From Asterias rubens (Eukaryota): DNA of 64,000 nucleotides. The translations under genes were made by a program, and so were the position numbers. This document shows, piece by piece, positions 35,049-46,919 of the stretch. The stretch covers positions 10,912,001 to 10,976,000 of the forward strand of contig NC_047071.1 of the NCBI RefSeq assembly GCF_902459465.1. Direction: 5' to 3'. Every line of letters begins with the position of its first letter. The stretch's first letter is position 1. The notes beneath the pieces are model-generated. The model searched no databases. It was not told the DNA's origin and worked only from the letters and a program-made list of their open reading frames with translations.

Positions 35049-38000
35049 AATTCTACTATGTGTAACGAACGGGGCCCAATTTCATATTTTTCTTTGCTTG
35101 GCAAAAATTGAGTGCGACACCAGGTACAATCTTTTTTTTTTGTGAAGCAAAACTTCTCTTTGCTTAGCAAGTTTGTGTTCTTACAGGCTTTATGTGATTG
35201 GGGCCTGGTCAGAGCTGTTGATGTAAAGCTACGATTTCTTCATTGTTTCTTGAAGTTTTGAGAAACAGCCCACCTTCCTGTGGGGCATTTACCTGTGCCA
35301 CTTCCCCTGGCATCTTATATTATATACCACCTTTCTTGTTCTTTTTCACGTTTGTTTGTTGGCTGTTACCATGCTTTGTTAAACTTCCTTTAGCTGGCCG
35401 TAAAAATACGCCGGGGCCAGGCGTAGCTTATTACTTGCTGTTCACTCCCCAAACACCAAAGTTCAAAAAGGAGAAACCAGTGCCGAACAAAGAACCCCCA
35501 AACTGGCCCATGCACGTTTCACGATGTTGTGCCTGACCAATAAAAAAACTGCGGTGGAGAAAAGATCAACAAGGTCGCGTGTCGTGTGCACCTGTTGCAT
35601 GATGTGTACATACCCCTGAAATGATCCAAATCCTTGCAGTTGCGACTGATAAGAGTCTGGAGAAAAAAAAAATAGTATACACGTACTTTGAGATGTTTTC
35701 CGTTTCACGGACACACCTGTTGGGTCGGTTTTAGACCCAAATTGCCCGCGATAAGAGAGCGTCTTTTTGTCGGATTCACCTTTTTATCTCCATTTACTGA
35801 TCCTGAGTTAAGAACCAAAATTTAACTCAATTTAACTCAATTTCAGGAGGGTGTAATTTAATATGACGAGAAAGATATTTCAAATACTTCCTGAATCATG
35901 AGATTACTGGATCTGAACTTTTGATCGTTTTTTTTTCTTCTCACAAATGCCTGTAGAAAGTGTCGACTAGAAATCACTCGTCAAAACAAAAGAGGAAGTT
36001 TTGAAATGTCTGGTGTTGAAAGATTCATGGCAACAGCGAGGCTCACTTGGATCATTTTCTTTCATCGTGAATATTCTGTCAAGACTGTTGGCTTTCCTTG
36101 AAAAAGTTACACCAGTTGGGTCTATATGCCTACATGTTCAGACAAGTTTTGTCAGCCACTCACAACCCCCAATAACCCTTCGATATTAACAAAGAACTAT
36201 ACATGGTTTAAGGTTGTACAAACTAAAACGAAGGACGCTATTGTTCACCATTGTTTACCTGTAGAATACTTGAGGAAAATAATGTTTGGTTTTGATTTTC
36301 TTTGAGGGCTGTGCGAGGGGAACAACGGGAGTGGATTTGTGGAACGTAATTTGGGGGTTAATGCATGCATGGCAGGTGTGCCGTGGCACGTGGCAGGGAG
36401 TTGCAGACAAAACCACGGCGCGTTCTACAGGTTGTGCCCTTTGTTCCACTCAGTACACCTGCCACGCTACTGGGGCCGATTTTGGGATTTTTGTATTGTG
36501 AACTCACAGACTTTGATCTTTTCTTCTGAGCTGGACTCATTAGGATTTTTTTTTTATGAAGGCTCTCGGCCTTTTTAGTGGTTTTCCTTTGTAGTGGAAA
36601 TCGCTTTTATAAGCAGTTGTTAGTAGAAATACAGCAGTGTTGTTATATTGGAGCTGCTCGCGTGCGAGTAGTGAAATTATCCATTATTTCATTGTTGTGG
36701 CTTTGTGGGCCTGGAAACCACAACTAGGATTTGTCAATTTATTCAGTAGACTGAAAATAGTCGGAGCCTTATTAAGTGGCCTCCCATGGGTTTACGAAAC
36801 TCTCCTTAAGAAGTTCAACCATTGTATTTGTTTTTCTTTCCTTACAAGTGAAGTTAGTTTTCTTTTTTTAAAACAAGCTTACCCCTATACACACGCCTCT
36901 GGCACGTTCAATACAAACCCAGAGAATTCACCTTTATTTTGATGTGACCTCTTTATTATAGCCCATTCTTAAGCAGTCTCCAAACGTTGGCAATCTTTCA
37001 AAAATAGCTTCTGAGAGGGTTGACGGGGTCAGTTTTGTTGAACTTCGGGCAAGTGTGCCGCATGTGCTATATAATTGAGTCACGACAGTTTGAGGTTTCG
37101 TTCCTTTGTGCAAAGAGAAGTTGTGGGGGAAAATAGTGAGGCCTGGTTGGAGTTTTATCATTTTGAGAGGGTATATAGCCAAAACAGGCCAATGCAAAGG
37201 GCACTTCCATTTAAAGTCCAAATGAAACTTTTCAAGGGGTACCAAGGCCAAGACCAGTAGTTAAGAGAGGCAGTGGCTTCTGTGTATTTCCAGGCATTTG
37301 TTTTGTTTAGATACATGACACACCCCTATATACAAGCAAACATCAGTACCCCCCCCCCCCCCACCCCCGGTCCAATTATTGTCTTTGCACCGATCAGGCC
37401 TGATACTTGGTGCCTTTGAAATGCTCCATTAAGAAATGTACAATTTCCTCATGGGGGGGGGGGGGGGTGCCCCCTTTTACCGCGAAGAAAATGCCTTGGT
37501 GCCCTTGCCCTCTCAAAAACGAAGCATACATGCCTGTCTGTAGGCAGCGTTTATAAACCCAACGTCAAAGTTGACAGAGCAGCACATTATGTCTTTAAGA
37601 AACTAAAGCCTTGAAGATCTCAACTTGAGATCTGACGTCCTCAAGACAGCCCTGCCCTTGCTTGTTTTGTCTTCTTTCTTTTGACAAGCATGAAGCACAC
37701 ATTTGAGGATGTACACTGTGGCCGCTCCCAGAGGGCAAAGGGTTAACCCATTGTAATCCCGGCAGCAGAGCCATTTATCAAATATCCCTAGTCTAATTGC
37801 CTGTAATAATAACTTCCTGTGATAAGTTAGCTAGATTGTTAGTGAAGGGTGTAGTTCCCTTCCTGAAGTACTGGCCACTAAGGGTTGGGAGGATATCTGA
37901 GATCTAGATCTGCAATGCATAATACAAGAGAGGGGGGGGGGGGGGGTTGCTATACAGCCAAGGGGGTGTGCCTAGGTAGAGGGGACTTCAAGTTGACTGC

Positions 38001-38382
38001 TAAATCCCACACCCAATCTATTTTTTTGCGAACAGCATTTCTAACGCAAATCAGAGTCACACCCATTTTATTACGTAAATGCCTTTGTGCCGGCCTGAAA
38101 CTTCACGGAGCCAACAAAGGCGCATGCCCCCTTGTCATTGCCTTGATACACTTGAAATACTCCAGCAGAAATTTACAATTAATTCTTCATAGGGTGCATT
38201 TTACCATTAATGAGAAAATGCCTTGGTGCCCTTTCAAAAATGAAGCATACGGGCCTGATTGAGTATTAGCCTGCATGTGTTGAGTTTTTGTCTTGTTTTT
38301 TTCTCCATACACAGTTTGGATTTGATACGAAATCTCATAATTAATTTATGCTCCCTCTGTTTTTGTTTCATTCTTGTTTTAG

Positions 38383-38654
38383 GTGAGAGACCATTCCCCT
38401 GCACATGGCCCGAATGCTGTAAGAGGTTTGCCCGGTCCGACGAGCTGGCCCGCCACTACCGCACACACACCGGCGAGAAGAGGTTCTGCTGCCCTCTGTG
38501 CGAGAAACGCTTCATGCGCAGTGACCACCTGATGAAGCATGCCAGACGTCACGCCAACTTCCACCCCAGCCTCTTGAAGCGCCCTCGCAGTATGGCTGGC
38601 TCGCTCAGTGACGACAGCAGATCGGCGAACTCCAGCCCCGTCAATTCCCCGTGA
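38383..38654 (+). CDS. KLF13: KLF9/13-like exon 2 (ZF2-ZF3)
   Basis: [62 protein letters not shown]; the RHANFHP tail is KLF13-like; likely a pro-orthologue of KLF9/13/14/16; 279 aa in total. Confidence 0.95.
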
Positions 38655-39679
38655 ATTGTATGAACATTTGTATGATGTGAACCATTTGTATACCTCATCA
38701 TCCACGAGAAAATTCACATGACTCTTGTGATGGGAGTTTCTCTCAATTGCTGCACTTTTGGATTAAATCTTATTGACTTGTTTGTTTTTTATTTATTACT
38801 TTTTCGATTTTTTTATTTTTTTCCGTTTGTTTAATAATCGGAGCAGACTACCAGATGAATTTCCTTTATACCTTACATTTTGTATAGGGATGCTCAGGAA
38901 CCATGCGAAATAATGTTTCAATGAAAAGGCTGAAGAAAGAATTGGTGAAAATAATTGTTACAGATTTATTGTGAGGAATAGTTTGCCTGGAAGTAACTGC
39001 TTCCAAGCGAACTTCCAGATGTTATGGCAACATCTGGTTTGTTAAAATTTTCGGGTCAGTTTTGTTTTTTTATCTGCGAATTTAAGGTTGGAGATTTTAC
39101 CCTTTTGGTCTGCTTCTTACGCAAGTGGTCTCTAAGACAGATTATGTGGTTTGCCGGCTTCTAATTTTTGTAAATCACTTAACTTTAACAACCTTTGCAA
39201 AGACAAAGAACTAGTACAGAAAACCCGTAAAACTTTCTTTGGAAATGGTCTTCTTTCAGCGCATCCACCAAAAACGCACGTAAACAAAAACAATCTTTAA
39301 AGTTGCATTTTATTAAGTATAGCTTGTAAGTGTGATGTTACATTATTGGTTTAGTGTTAAGTTGGTTATAGTTGTTTATGCCTGGTTTGCTAGTTGAGAT
39401 GTAAAGGTTGAAGGATGACCACCAAAACTTAAGCTAGTCGGGTTATAACCATTGTGACGCACTAATCTCATCTGATAAGGAGCTGTAGTTCTGAAACTGC
39501 AAGGGGGTGAGGTTCCTTTTTGTGATACATCACCCCCGTAGTTTTCCCCAAGCACGAGTTATACGAATGTAGAAATGGTGACACTCTTAAAGGTGTAGTT
39601 GTTGACCAACATCTCTCAAAGCCAACGCTCCTTAAGATCCATCCAAAAGAGATTTACACATGGTTGACCTGCAAGTTTA

Positions 39680-39873
39680 CACTATAAAAACCTCTGGGTC
39701 AAAATCGATCCGGGTCTTATGGGACCTGACCCATTTGATTTCTTGGTCAGGCTGACCCAGAAATCGGTGAATCAATTTGAATTTTGACTAGGATTCTGCG
39801 TCAGTTTGACCCCCCTTAGGTCCATGTGTGATCCAGATCAGATTAATTTTGACCCAAGAGGTTTGATAGAGTT
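39680..39873. mobile_element. MITE downstream of the KLF stop codon
   Basis: ACTATAAAAACCTCTGGGTCAAAAT / ATTTTGACCCAAGAGGTTTGATAGAGT. Confidence 0.65.
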
Positions 39874-40035
39874 TCCTTCAAAAATGATTTCCTGACCAAG
39901 TTTAATTTGTGTGGTAAGAGTTATCTATTGTATTCGTATGTAAGTTTTTAAGGTTGGGATACCGATGTTTTTTAAAACTGCTGTGTTGATATTATAACGT
40001 ACTCTAGTCCCATTTTTAAGTGTGATGTGTGTAAT

Positions 40036-40176
40036 GGGACACTTTCCAACGCTAGGTGGCAGCAGACTTACAGGGTAGATTTCCACTGTTTACGTAGTTC
40101 TGAACATGTCCATACTTCTGAAAACAATGGCTTTACCTGGTAAGTCTGCTGCCATCTATCGTCCCAGAAAGTCTCC
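40036..40176. mobile_element. Foldback MITE with a CTCF-like motif in each arm
   Basis: ACTTTCCAACGCTAGGTGGCAGCAGACTTAC ... GTAAGTCTGCTGCCATCTATCG...GAAAGT. Confidence 0.65.
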
Positions 40177-42444
40177 TACTGTTTGCACTGTTATGAGTCA
40201 GAATTGCAAAATTCATACTATTTATTCTGGGTGTTTCATTCGTAAACGAATGTAAAAATGTAAAGTTGGGCTACCGCACAAAAGACGTGGTACAGGATTA
40301 CTAAACAATCCGAAGACGAGAGAATTTGTCATTGTTAAAATTATGTTGTCAAATAGCAGATGATAATTTTAAAATGCAAATTATTAGTTCAACGAGCCTG
40401 TGCCTTTAAGATGATTATGAAATTCGTTTGGTCTGTAAACTACACAGCTATAATATAAAGTTATAATTTAACAGTTTCATGACTTTTTATCGTTTTCATT
40501 CGAAATTTTCACGTGATTAATTATTGTGTTTTGTCGAAGAACACTAGTTGTGTTTTAAAGTGCACGTCATACGTTTCCGAAAAGAGCAGGGACAAAAAAA
40601 AGTGACTCAAGAAGTGTACTTTTCAATAATGTACAATGTAAATAGTGTTGTAATATTTAAACCATATAATCTATATATAATCTATATTTTAGAGTTTAAT
40701 ATACTGGTGTAGGGTTGAATTAACGTTGATTTTGTTTTTGTTGTGAGTTTTAGAGTCTATGTACCCTGAAACTGGTTTTCGGCCTCATGTTGTAAGATAT
40801 TAAGTTATTTGTTTGTTTTGGTTTATGACAGTAATAATACACCAAATTCTCAGATGGTACTCTCATCAAAAAATTAATTGGAAAAGATGCCGAATATGTG
40901 ACCATCAATTGGCATTATTTATCAAGACACTATTGTGGCAGCGACCGTGAGCGGCTACGACTCTGGCTTGATCATGAGGTGAACCAGCGTTATACTCGTC
41001 GCCACAAAATAAGCCAGAGCCGCCAAATGTTGACTTCCGGGTCGCATTGGGTGGACAAAGTTGTCAGATTTTGCATCTTTTTCCAAAAAAATGAATCATG
41101 CCGTCTCACAAGTTCAGGGTGCTTTTTGGCGGTCGTAGTCAATAACTGTTTCGGTTAACTTGCCCATTTGCTACGCACTTATCAGTGACCACCGACTGAA
41201 ACAGTTATTGGTTTCAGCCGCCAAAACGCATCCCTGATTTTTGAATTTAACTCGGGCAGAAGTATAACTTCTATTAATTGGGCAACATGAGCTCATGTTT
41301 CTTTGAACAATTAACTCAAACACTCGAAAGGTTTTTATGAGACTGATTGAAAACTAAGGGACGCGACAGGAATTAGATTAAGTTCTCTTCCACAAAGTAC
41401 CTTCATTTTACTTAAATATTTATGCGTGTCGAGCAGATTTAGAATGAATAGTTTAAAATGCTTAATATTTTCAGGTATTTGCGTCAAGCAGGGCACCACC
41501 ACAAATTACATTGTATCTTTTGTTTTCTTTTCATTTTCCTTCAAAAAATTATATTTCTTTGAGTTTGAAGGTAATTGATTTAAAAATATAGAAACGTCGA
41601 GAAGTTTTTCAGTAAAAGAATTGTAATTAATTATTGATCGTTCTTCCTCGTGAGATCAAAATTTAAAATATATATATTTATTACCATTTTTGTAGATAAA
41701 AGTATGCTTTGTAGATAAGTATTAATCTTTAACACTGTTCATAACCTGTATTTTTAATTGATTAATTATATTTTGAAAACAAATGGAAAGAGCTGGAATA
41801 TTTTTTTTTGTGAGATGAGAGAGGAGGTGTCTATTGAAAACGGTGCAGAAGCAACGTAAAAAATTGCCAATTGGAAGTGGTGGAGTGGTGCAGACTAGAG
41901 TTGAAATGAATGGAAAGAGAACAAAATAAAAGACAAAGCAAAGACAACAAAATTACATTATTCGTTTACCATGGTTTTCTTTTGATGAGTGATATTGTAA
42001 TAATTATTCGTTTAGCTAATTATTTTGTTAAGCTTGTGGTCAATAACTGCAATGTGGACGAGCTGAGTTCCGTTTTAAAAGGGGCCTTTTGTTGGGGGTG
42101 GGAGATTGGGGTGCCGCAGCCATTTGAATTGAGGTTGAGCTTTTCAATGAAACTTGAGCTGTTGAATAATTTTTCTGTGCTCCGTGCTTCCAACGTTTTA
42201 ATGAGATAAACTTGGCTTTAAAGTCACGGTCCTAGTTGGCTTGGAAATGGGAGGGATGCCTCAAAGAAAGTTGCAGCATGGAGGTAGGTTAATACCTCTT
42301 CCCCCTTGCGAGACGGTTTGGGGAAAAGCCTATCGGGGTGTTTTTTCCCAGCAAAAATTACCTACCAAAATAATTTGAAAACAAATCTGAACATGAGTTT
42401 TCTGAAAATATTTGATTGGCTGATTGACTTTAAATGTATGCCGG

Positions 42445-42958
42445 TGTCGGATGCAATTGTGTCCGCCATGCAATACTGTCCGCTCCGGACACTTTTGCAT
42501 AATATGCAATCGTGTCCGGGGCTATGGGAAAACCGTCCGGCGGACATGTACCTGACTGTACATGGGATTGTATGTGCGCGCGCAGCGAGCGTGCAAGCAC
42601 CATAGATATGGCATGCACTGAACCTAATAATGCAGCCTGAATATTCACGGTTTTTTTTATGATTGCACTAGCGAATACCCAACTGCCGAACATTCCAATG
42701 CATGACATGCACTTGACTTCTTGTTAAAAAAAATGGCGAACAACGTGTTCCGGGGTGTTCCGTCGACCAAGGGCGTTTAGTTTACTTCAAGGACGGTTTT
42801 GCACGGGGGCGGACACAACTGCATATGCAATGTGTGCGGGCGGACACAATTGCATTATGCAGCAGCGTTGCACTATATGCATTGCACTATGCAAAACCGT
42901 CCGGCGGACATTATTGCATATGGAATAGTGTCCTCCGGGAGTATTGCACAGAGCTGCA
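42445..42958. mobile_element. Ginger1-like element (same family as 25294-26184), TSD CCGG
   Basis: CCGG|TGTCGGATGCAATT ... GAGCTGCA|CCGG (42441-42444 and 42959-42962); the right TIR is shortened. Confidence 0.7.
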
Positions 42959-43294
42959 CCGGCAGTTACTAGCATTAAGTTGGTGTTTTTATGGACGGGA
43001 GTTTATTTTTATTGTGTGTGCGTGGTGACCACAGACGTCTGTGGTGTTGACCATTGATCTCCATTGGATCAATGGTGGTGACCCTATATACCGCCCTCAA
43101 GAGTTTGTTCACTTTCATGCACCGCCATTTTCAGATTGTTGGTAAAAACAAACGAAAGTGGATAACTGGGTCTGTGGAAAAGTTGTGTTTTCTGCCAATT
43201 ACGCCGAGATGGAAAGCATTCAAGATGACAACGGACACATAAGGTAACCCTGTTTATTGAAGTTGATAGTATTTCATAAATACCTTTTCAAAAA

Positions 43295-44065
43295 ATGACA
43301 AACGAGACCACTCTTGCTGGGGTCGAACTGGGGCAAATCGCCGATGTCGAGAAGGCGATCCGGGAAGCTGTCACCAGCGAGCAGACCGTATTGAACCTCA
43401 GCCACCGGGGTCTGTCACTCCTGCCGGCGAGCACCCAGCGGTTGACCCACGTCCGGAGACTCCTGCTCAACAACAACAGCATTATTATGCCTCCCTCTGA
43501 ACTCGTGGCACTCACCAACTTAGAAGAGTTGATTCTCGACGAGAACAAGTTGACGCTCCTGCCGTCCGGGTTCGGTTCGTCACTGACAAATCTCACCTAT
43601 CTCAGCCTGAGTCACAACCACCTTGGCTGTCTGCCCGATGAAATCGGCGACCTACACAATCTAGAACAGCTCTGGGTAGTCGGCACACAACTCGTGACCC
43701 TCCCACCCACCATAGGACTCTTGAACTCCCTCCAGAAACTTGGTGCTAGAGACAATTTCATTTCCGAGTTACCCGTTGAGATGTGCCAGTTGAGGCGGTT
43801 ACGATGGCTGAGCCTATCGAAAAACAGACTCACCGATCTACCAAACAAGTTTGGCAGACTCGTCGAGCTTACTTTCTTCGACTTGAGCGAGAATAGTTTC
43901 ACAAGTATCTGCGAGTGTGTAACTGAGTTACCAAAACTCACGTCACTGATTTTACAACGGAATCAGATTACCGAACTGTCGGATGATCGGCTCGTTGGTT
44001 TGTCGAATCTTACCAAACTGGATATGAGGGTGAATCCACTGACACAAAGGCCAGACCATTGGAAG
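43295..44065 (+). CDS. Leucine-rich repeat protein, exon 1 (10 LRRs of 23-24 aa)
   Basis: LxxLxLxxNxLxxLP repeats (e.g. LEELILDENKLTLLP, LRWLSLSKNRLTDLP); donor AAG|gtaaga; no signal peptide seen. Confidence 0.9.
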
Positions 44066-44214
44066 GTAAGAACTTTATTAGAAAATGATGTGCTTGGTTA
44101 CCAAATGAAGCAAATTGTTTTTATTTTTGTCATATTTACATTTACAGAGTATTCCTATAAAATATGGAAATTTTAATTTGTATAGTTCAAGACCTGTAGT
44201 CAAACCATTTTTGC

Positions 44215-44330
44215 AAATACCCATTGCGCATGCCAATTGCTGAATGAGGTGCATGCTGGTCTAGCTAGTTTTCAAACTTGATCACTAGCTAGACCAGCAT
44301 GCACCTCATTCCACGCCTCATGCGTGCATA
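44215..44330. mobile_element. Palindromic MITE; inverted second copy at ~62910-63020
   Basis: GAGGTGCATGCTGGTCTAGCTAG ... CTAGCTAGACCAGCATGCACCTC. Confidence 0.65.
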
Positions 44331-44675
44331 CCGATTAATTTGTGATGTTATAGGGTTGTTTACATGAGTCTGGTTTCAAAGGAGAGCTCCAGTGCATAAA
44401 AGTGATGGGCAAAAAGTTCCAAAAGGATTTTGTACAAAAAGTATCATGTCACTCTGTGAGATTTGCGGAATTAACTTCGTCTAGTTCTAGTCGTCTAGTG
44501 GTATGACATCTGCTCTGTAGCAATGCAAAGGTCTTGGGTTTGAATTCCACTTGAGTGATTTGCCTTGTGTTTTTTTTTCCCCAAGAACTTGGTATAAAGT
44601 ACTGAGGAAAAAATACATCAGGGCAAATTGGGTAAAAACAAATTATATTACAAATTATTATTATTTCTTTTGCAG

Positions 44676-44819
44676 GGTTTAGATTACATACTTTTGGGAC
44701 CTGTACCAAATGCAACGATAAATGAAACCGGAGAAGACAATAGCAGTTTGGATGAAGATGATGATGATGATGAAGATGAGGAAGAGGATGACAGTGTGGA
44801 GGAGGAGGAAACAAGATAG
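44676..44819 (+). CDS. LRR protein exon 2 (acidic tail)
   Basis: Acceptor tttcttttgcag|; GLDYILLGPVP...LDEDDDDDEDEEEDDSVEEEETR*; phase 0; total 304 aa. Confidence 0.8.
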   Translation, partial: GLDYILLGPVPNATINETGEDNSSLDEDDDDDEDEEEDDSVEEEETR

Positions 44820-44844
44820 GCCATTTTATTTTAAAAGGCTAAAT

Positions 44845-45100
44845 CAGTCACCGTGTGGTCAAGTGGTTCGACTGCAGGACTTGCAATTACAAGGTTGTGG
44901 GTTCGAATTCCCCAGCTAACCGCTGATTTCACAATATCAATGATTTGTGCATTTCATAATCATAGACGTTAAACCAATGTTTGTACATGTATGAGAGAGA
45001 TTTGCTGTTGCCAGCTTGGCGTTTATATCCCCCAGTTGGAGTTTGCCAAGTTCCCTTGACGGAAGATTATCATTAAACAAGTTATGCGGTCAAGCTATAA
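44845..45100 (+). mobile_element. tRNA-derived SINE just after the LRR stop codon
   Basis: A-box TGGTCAAGTGG and B-box GGTTCGAATTCC, without a paired acceptor stem. Confidence 0.6.
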
Positions 45101-45104
45101 ATGA

Positions 45105-45277
45105 TTTTTTTTTTGTCGGAAATATCAGTATGGTGAAACAAGCCAAAATAGGCTAACAGGGATGACATTTTTTCAAAAATATCATTAAAACTTTTAATGA
45201 TATTTTTTAAAAAATGTCATCCCTGTTAGCCTATTTTGGCTTGTTTCACCATACTGATATTTCCGACAAAAAAAAAA
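45105..45277. repeat. 173-bp near-perfect palindrome (86-bp arms, 1-nt spacer, 1 mismatch)
   Basis: Centre C45191; arms checked from ATCATTAAAA/TTTTAATGAT out to T10/A10; only mismatch C45174/T45208. Confidence 0.95.
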
Positions 45278-46526
45278 ATTTGCTTCAAAGACAATTATGA
45301 GTTTAATCCTTTTAATAAAAGGATTAAACTCATAATTGTCTTTGAAGCAATCCTTTATTGGTGGAACCATGGAGGTACAATTTTTAGTTTAGTAGAACTG
45401 ACACAAATAGTCACAGACAGTGTTCACGTTTTGTGTGATCAACCACGCAATAAAATAACAAACCTGTGAAAATGCTGGCTTAATGTGTTGTGTGAGGCAT
45501 GGGAAAAGAGTAACAAATTGACCGATCATTCCAGACAATAAGTTTTGTTTTGTTTGGTTCTAAATGAAATTATGAAAATTATAAAATGAACATTTTACAG
45601 CACCATTTGAAATAATTGGCAAACATCATTCAATGACACGTTTGGCAAGTAAGTACACCCTCAAATCACCTCTTAAGCGAACCATTGCACATAAATGTTG
45701 ATTGTTCAATTAGTTGTTGTTTTTTCAAGCTTTTAAAACACTGTTAGTGTTGATTTTACACAAAAATGTTGTTGTTATTGATTTTTTTTATTTCATGTAC
45801 CTATTTGAAGATTTTATGTGTGCAATTATCTGGGTTTGTAAATGTGACACAAGCCTAGTGTAAATAATTGTAAATATCCCAGATGAGGGAACTTGAGTTA
45901 AATTTATTAGTGGGGCAGATACTTCACATTCACTGGTGAAATGTTGGCCTTCCAAAGTGCTTTCGATGATACTATGATGGAATTTGGTACACAGTCATAG
46001 TACATAAAATCCTATGTCACAAGTTGTGTAAGATATCTGGTTGTAGGGCCAAGGGCCATCGCAAATTTGAATCTTGAATAAAAATATGCACAGGTACCAG
46101 TATTGGAAATGTAGCCCTAGCCTATTCGTGTACAGCATTTCAGCTGGTGTCAAAGCCTGTTCAGCATTGGGTACGGTTGCTGAGGTGGGTACCAACATAG
46201 AAAATAGAAATACATGTCTACCCTTGAAATGAAATGAATGAAATTTTCAAAAATTGTCAAAATGGCTGCTGTTGCAAACCTGCAACGGTCCTCCATCCCA
46301 ATGTATATTATTCTCATGATATACTCTTAGTGAATGTTCTAAATTCTATCAATCAAAGGTACAATTCCATCACCTACATGTACCTGACAATGGATTTGAA
46401 CCCATGACCTTTGACATTTCACAGCAGATGCCATCAGCATTACCACTATATCTTTATTTAATTAGCCATTTGTGTGTTAGATTTGAATTGTCTGGTACAA
46501 TGATGCGCTTGATCACAAGTAACCAC

Positions 46527-46912
46527 TTAAAGGCAGTGGACACTATTGGTAATTACTCAAAAAAATTATTTGCATAAAACTTTACTTGGTAACGAGTAAT
46601 GGGGAGCTGTTGGTAGTATAAAACATTGTGATAAATGGCTCCCTCTGAAGTGGAGTATTTTTCGAGAAAGAAGTAATTTTCCATGACTTTGATTTCGAGA
46701 CCTCAGATTTAGAACTTGAGGTCTCGAAATCAAGCATCTGAAAGCACATAACTCCGTGTGACAATGGTGTTTTTTCTTTCATTATTATCTCACAACTTTG
46801 ATGACCGATTGAGCTCAAATTTTCACAAGTTTGTTATTCTATGCATATGTTGAGATACACCAAGTGAGAAGACTGGTCTTTGACAATTACCAATAGTGTC
46901 CAGTGTCTTTAA
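46527..46912. mobile_element. Kolobok/T2-type MITE family A
   Basis: TTAA-AGGCAGTGGACACTATTGGTAATT ... AATTACCAATAGTGTCCAGTGTCT-TTAA. Confidence 0.85.
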
Positions 46913-46919
46913 ATTGTAT

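Noticed and set aside
40898-41250. CpG-rich stretch with an ETS-like ACTTCCGG motif and an 86-aa ORF
   Set aside because: Could be a promoter or TE remnant, but there is no exon link or TIR/TSD to support a call.
44845-44915. tRNA gene (TGC anticodon-like loop, A and B boxes)
   Set aside because: Acceptor and anticodon stems do not pair and a SINE-like body follows; treated as a SINE head. The same applies to the tRNA-like heads at 331, 10500, 44500 and 49215.
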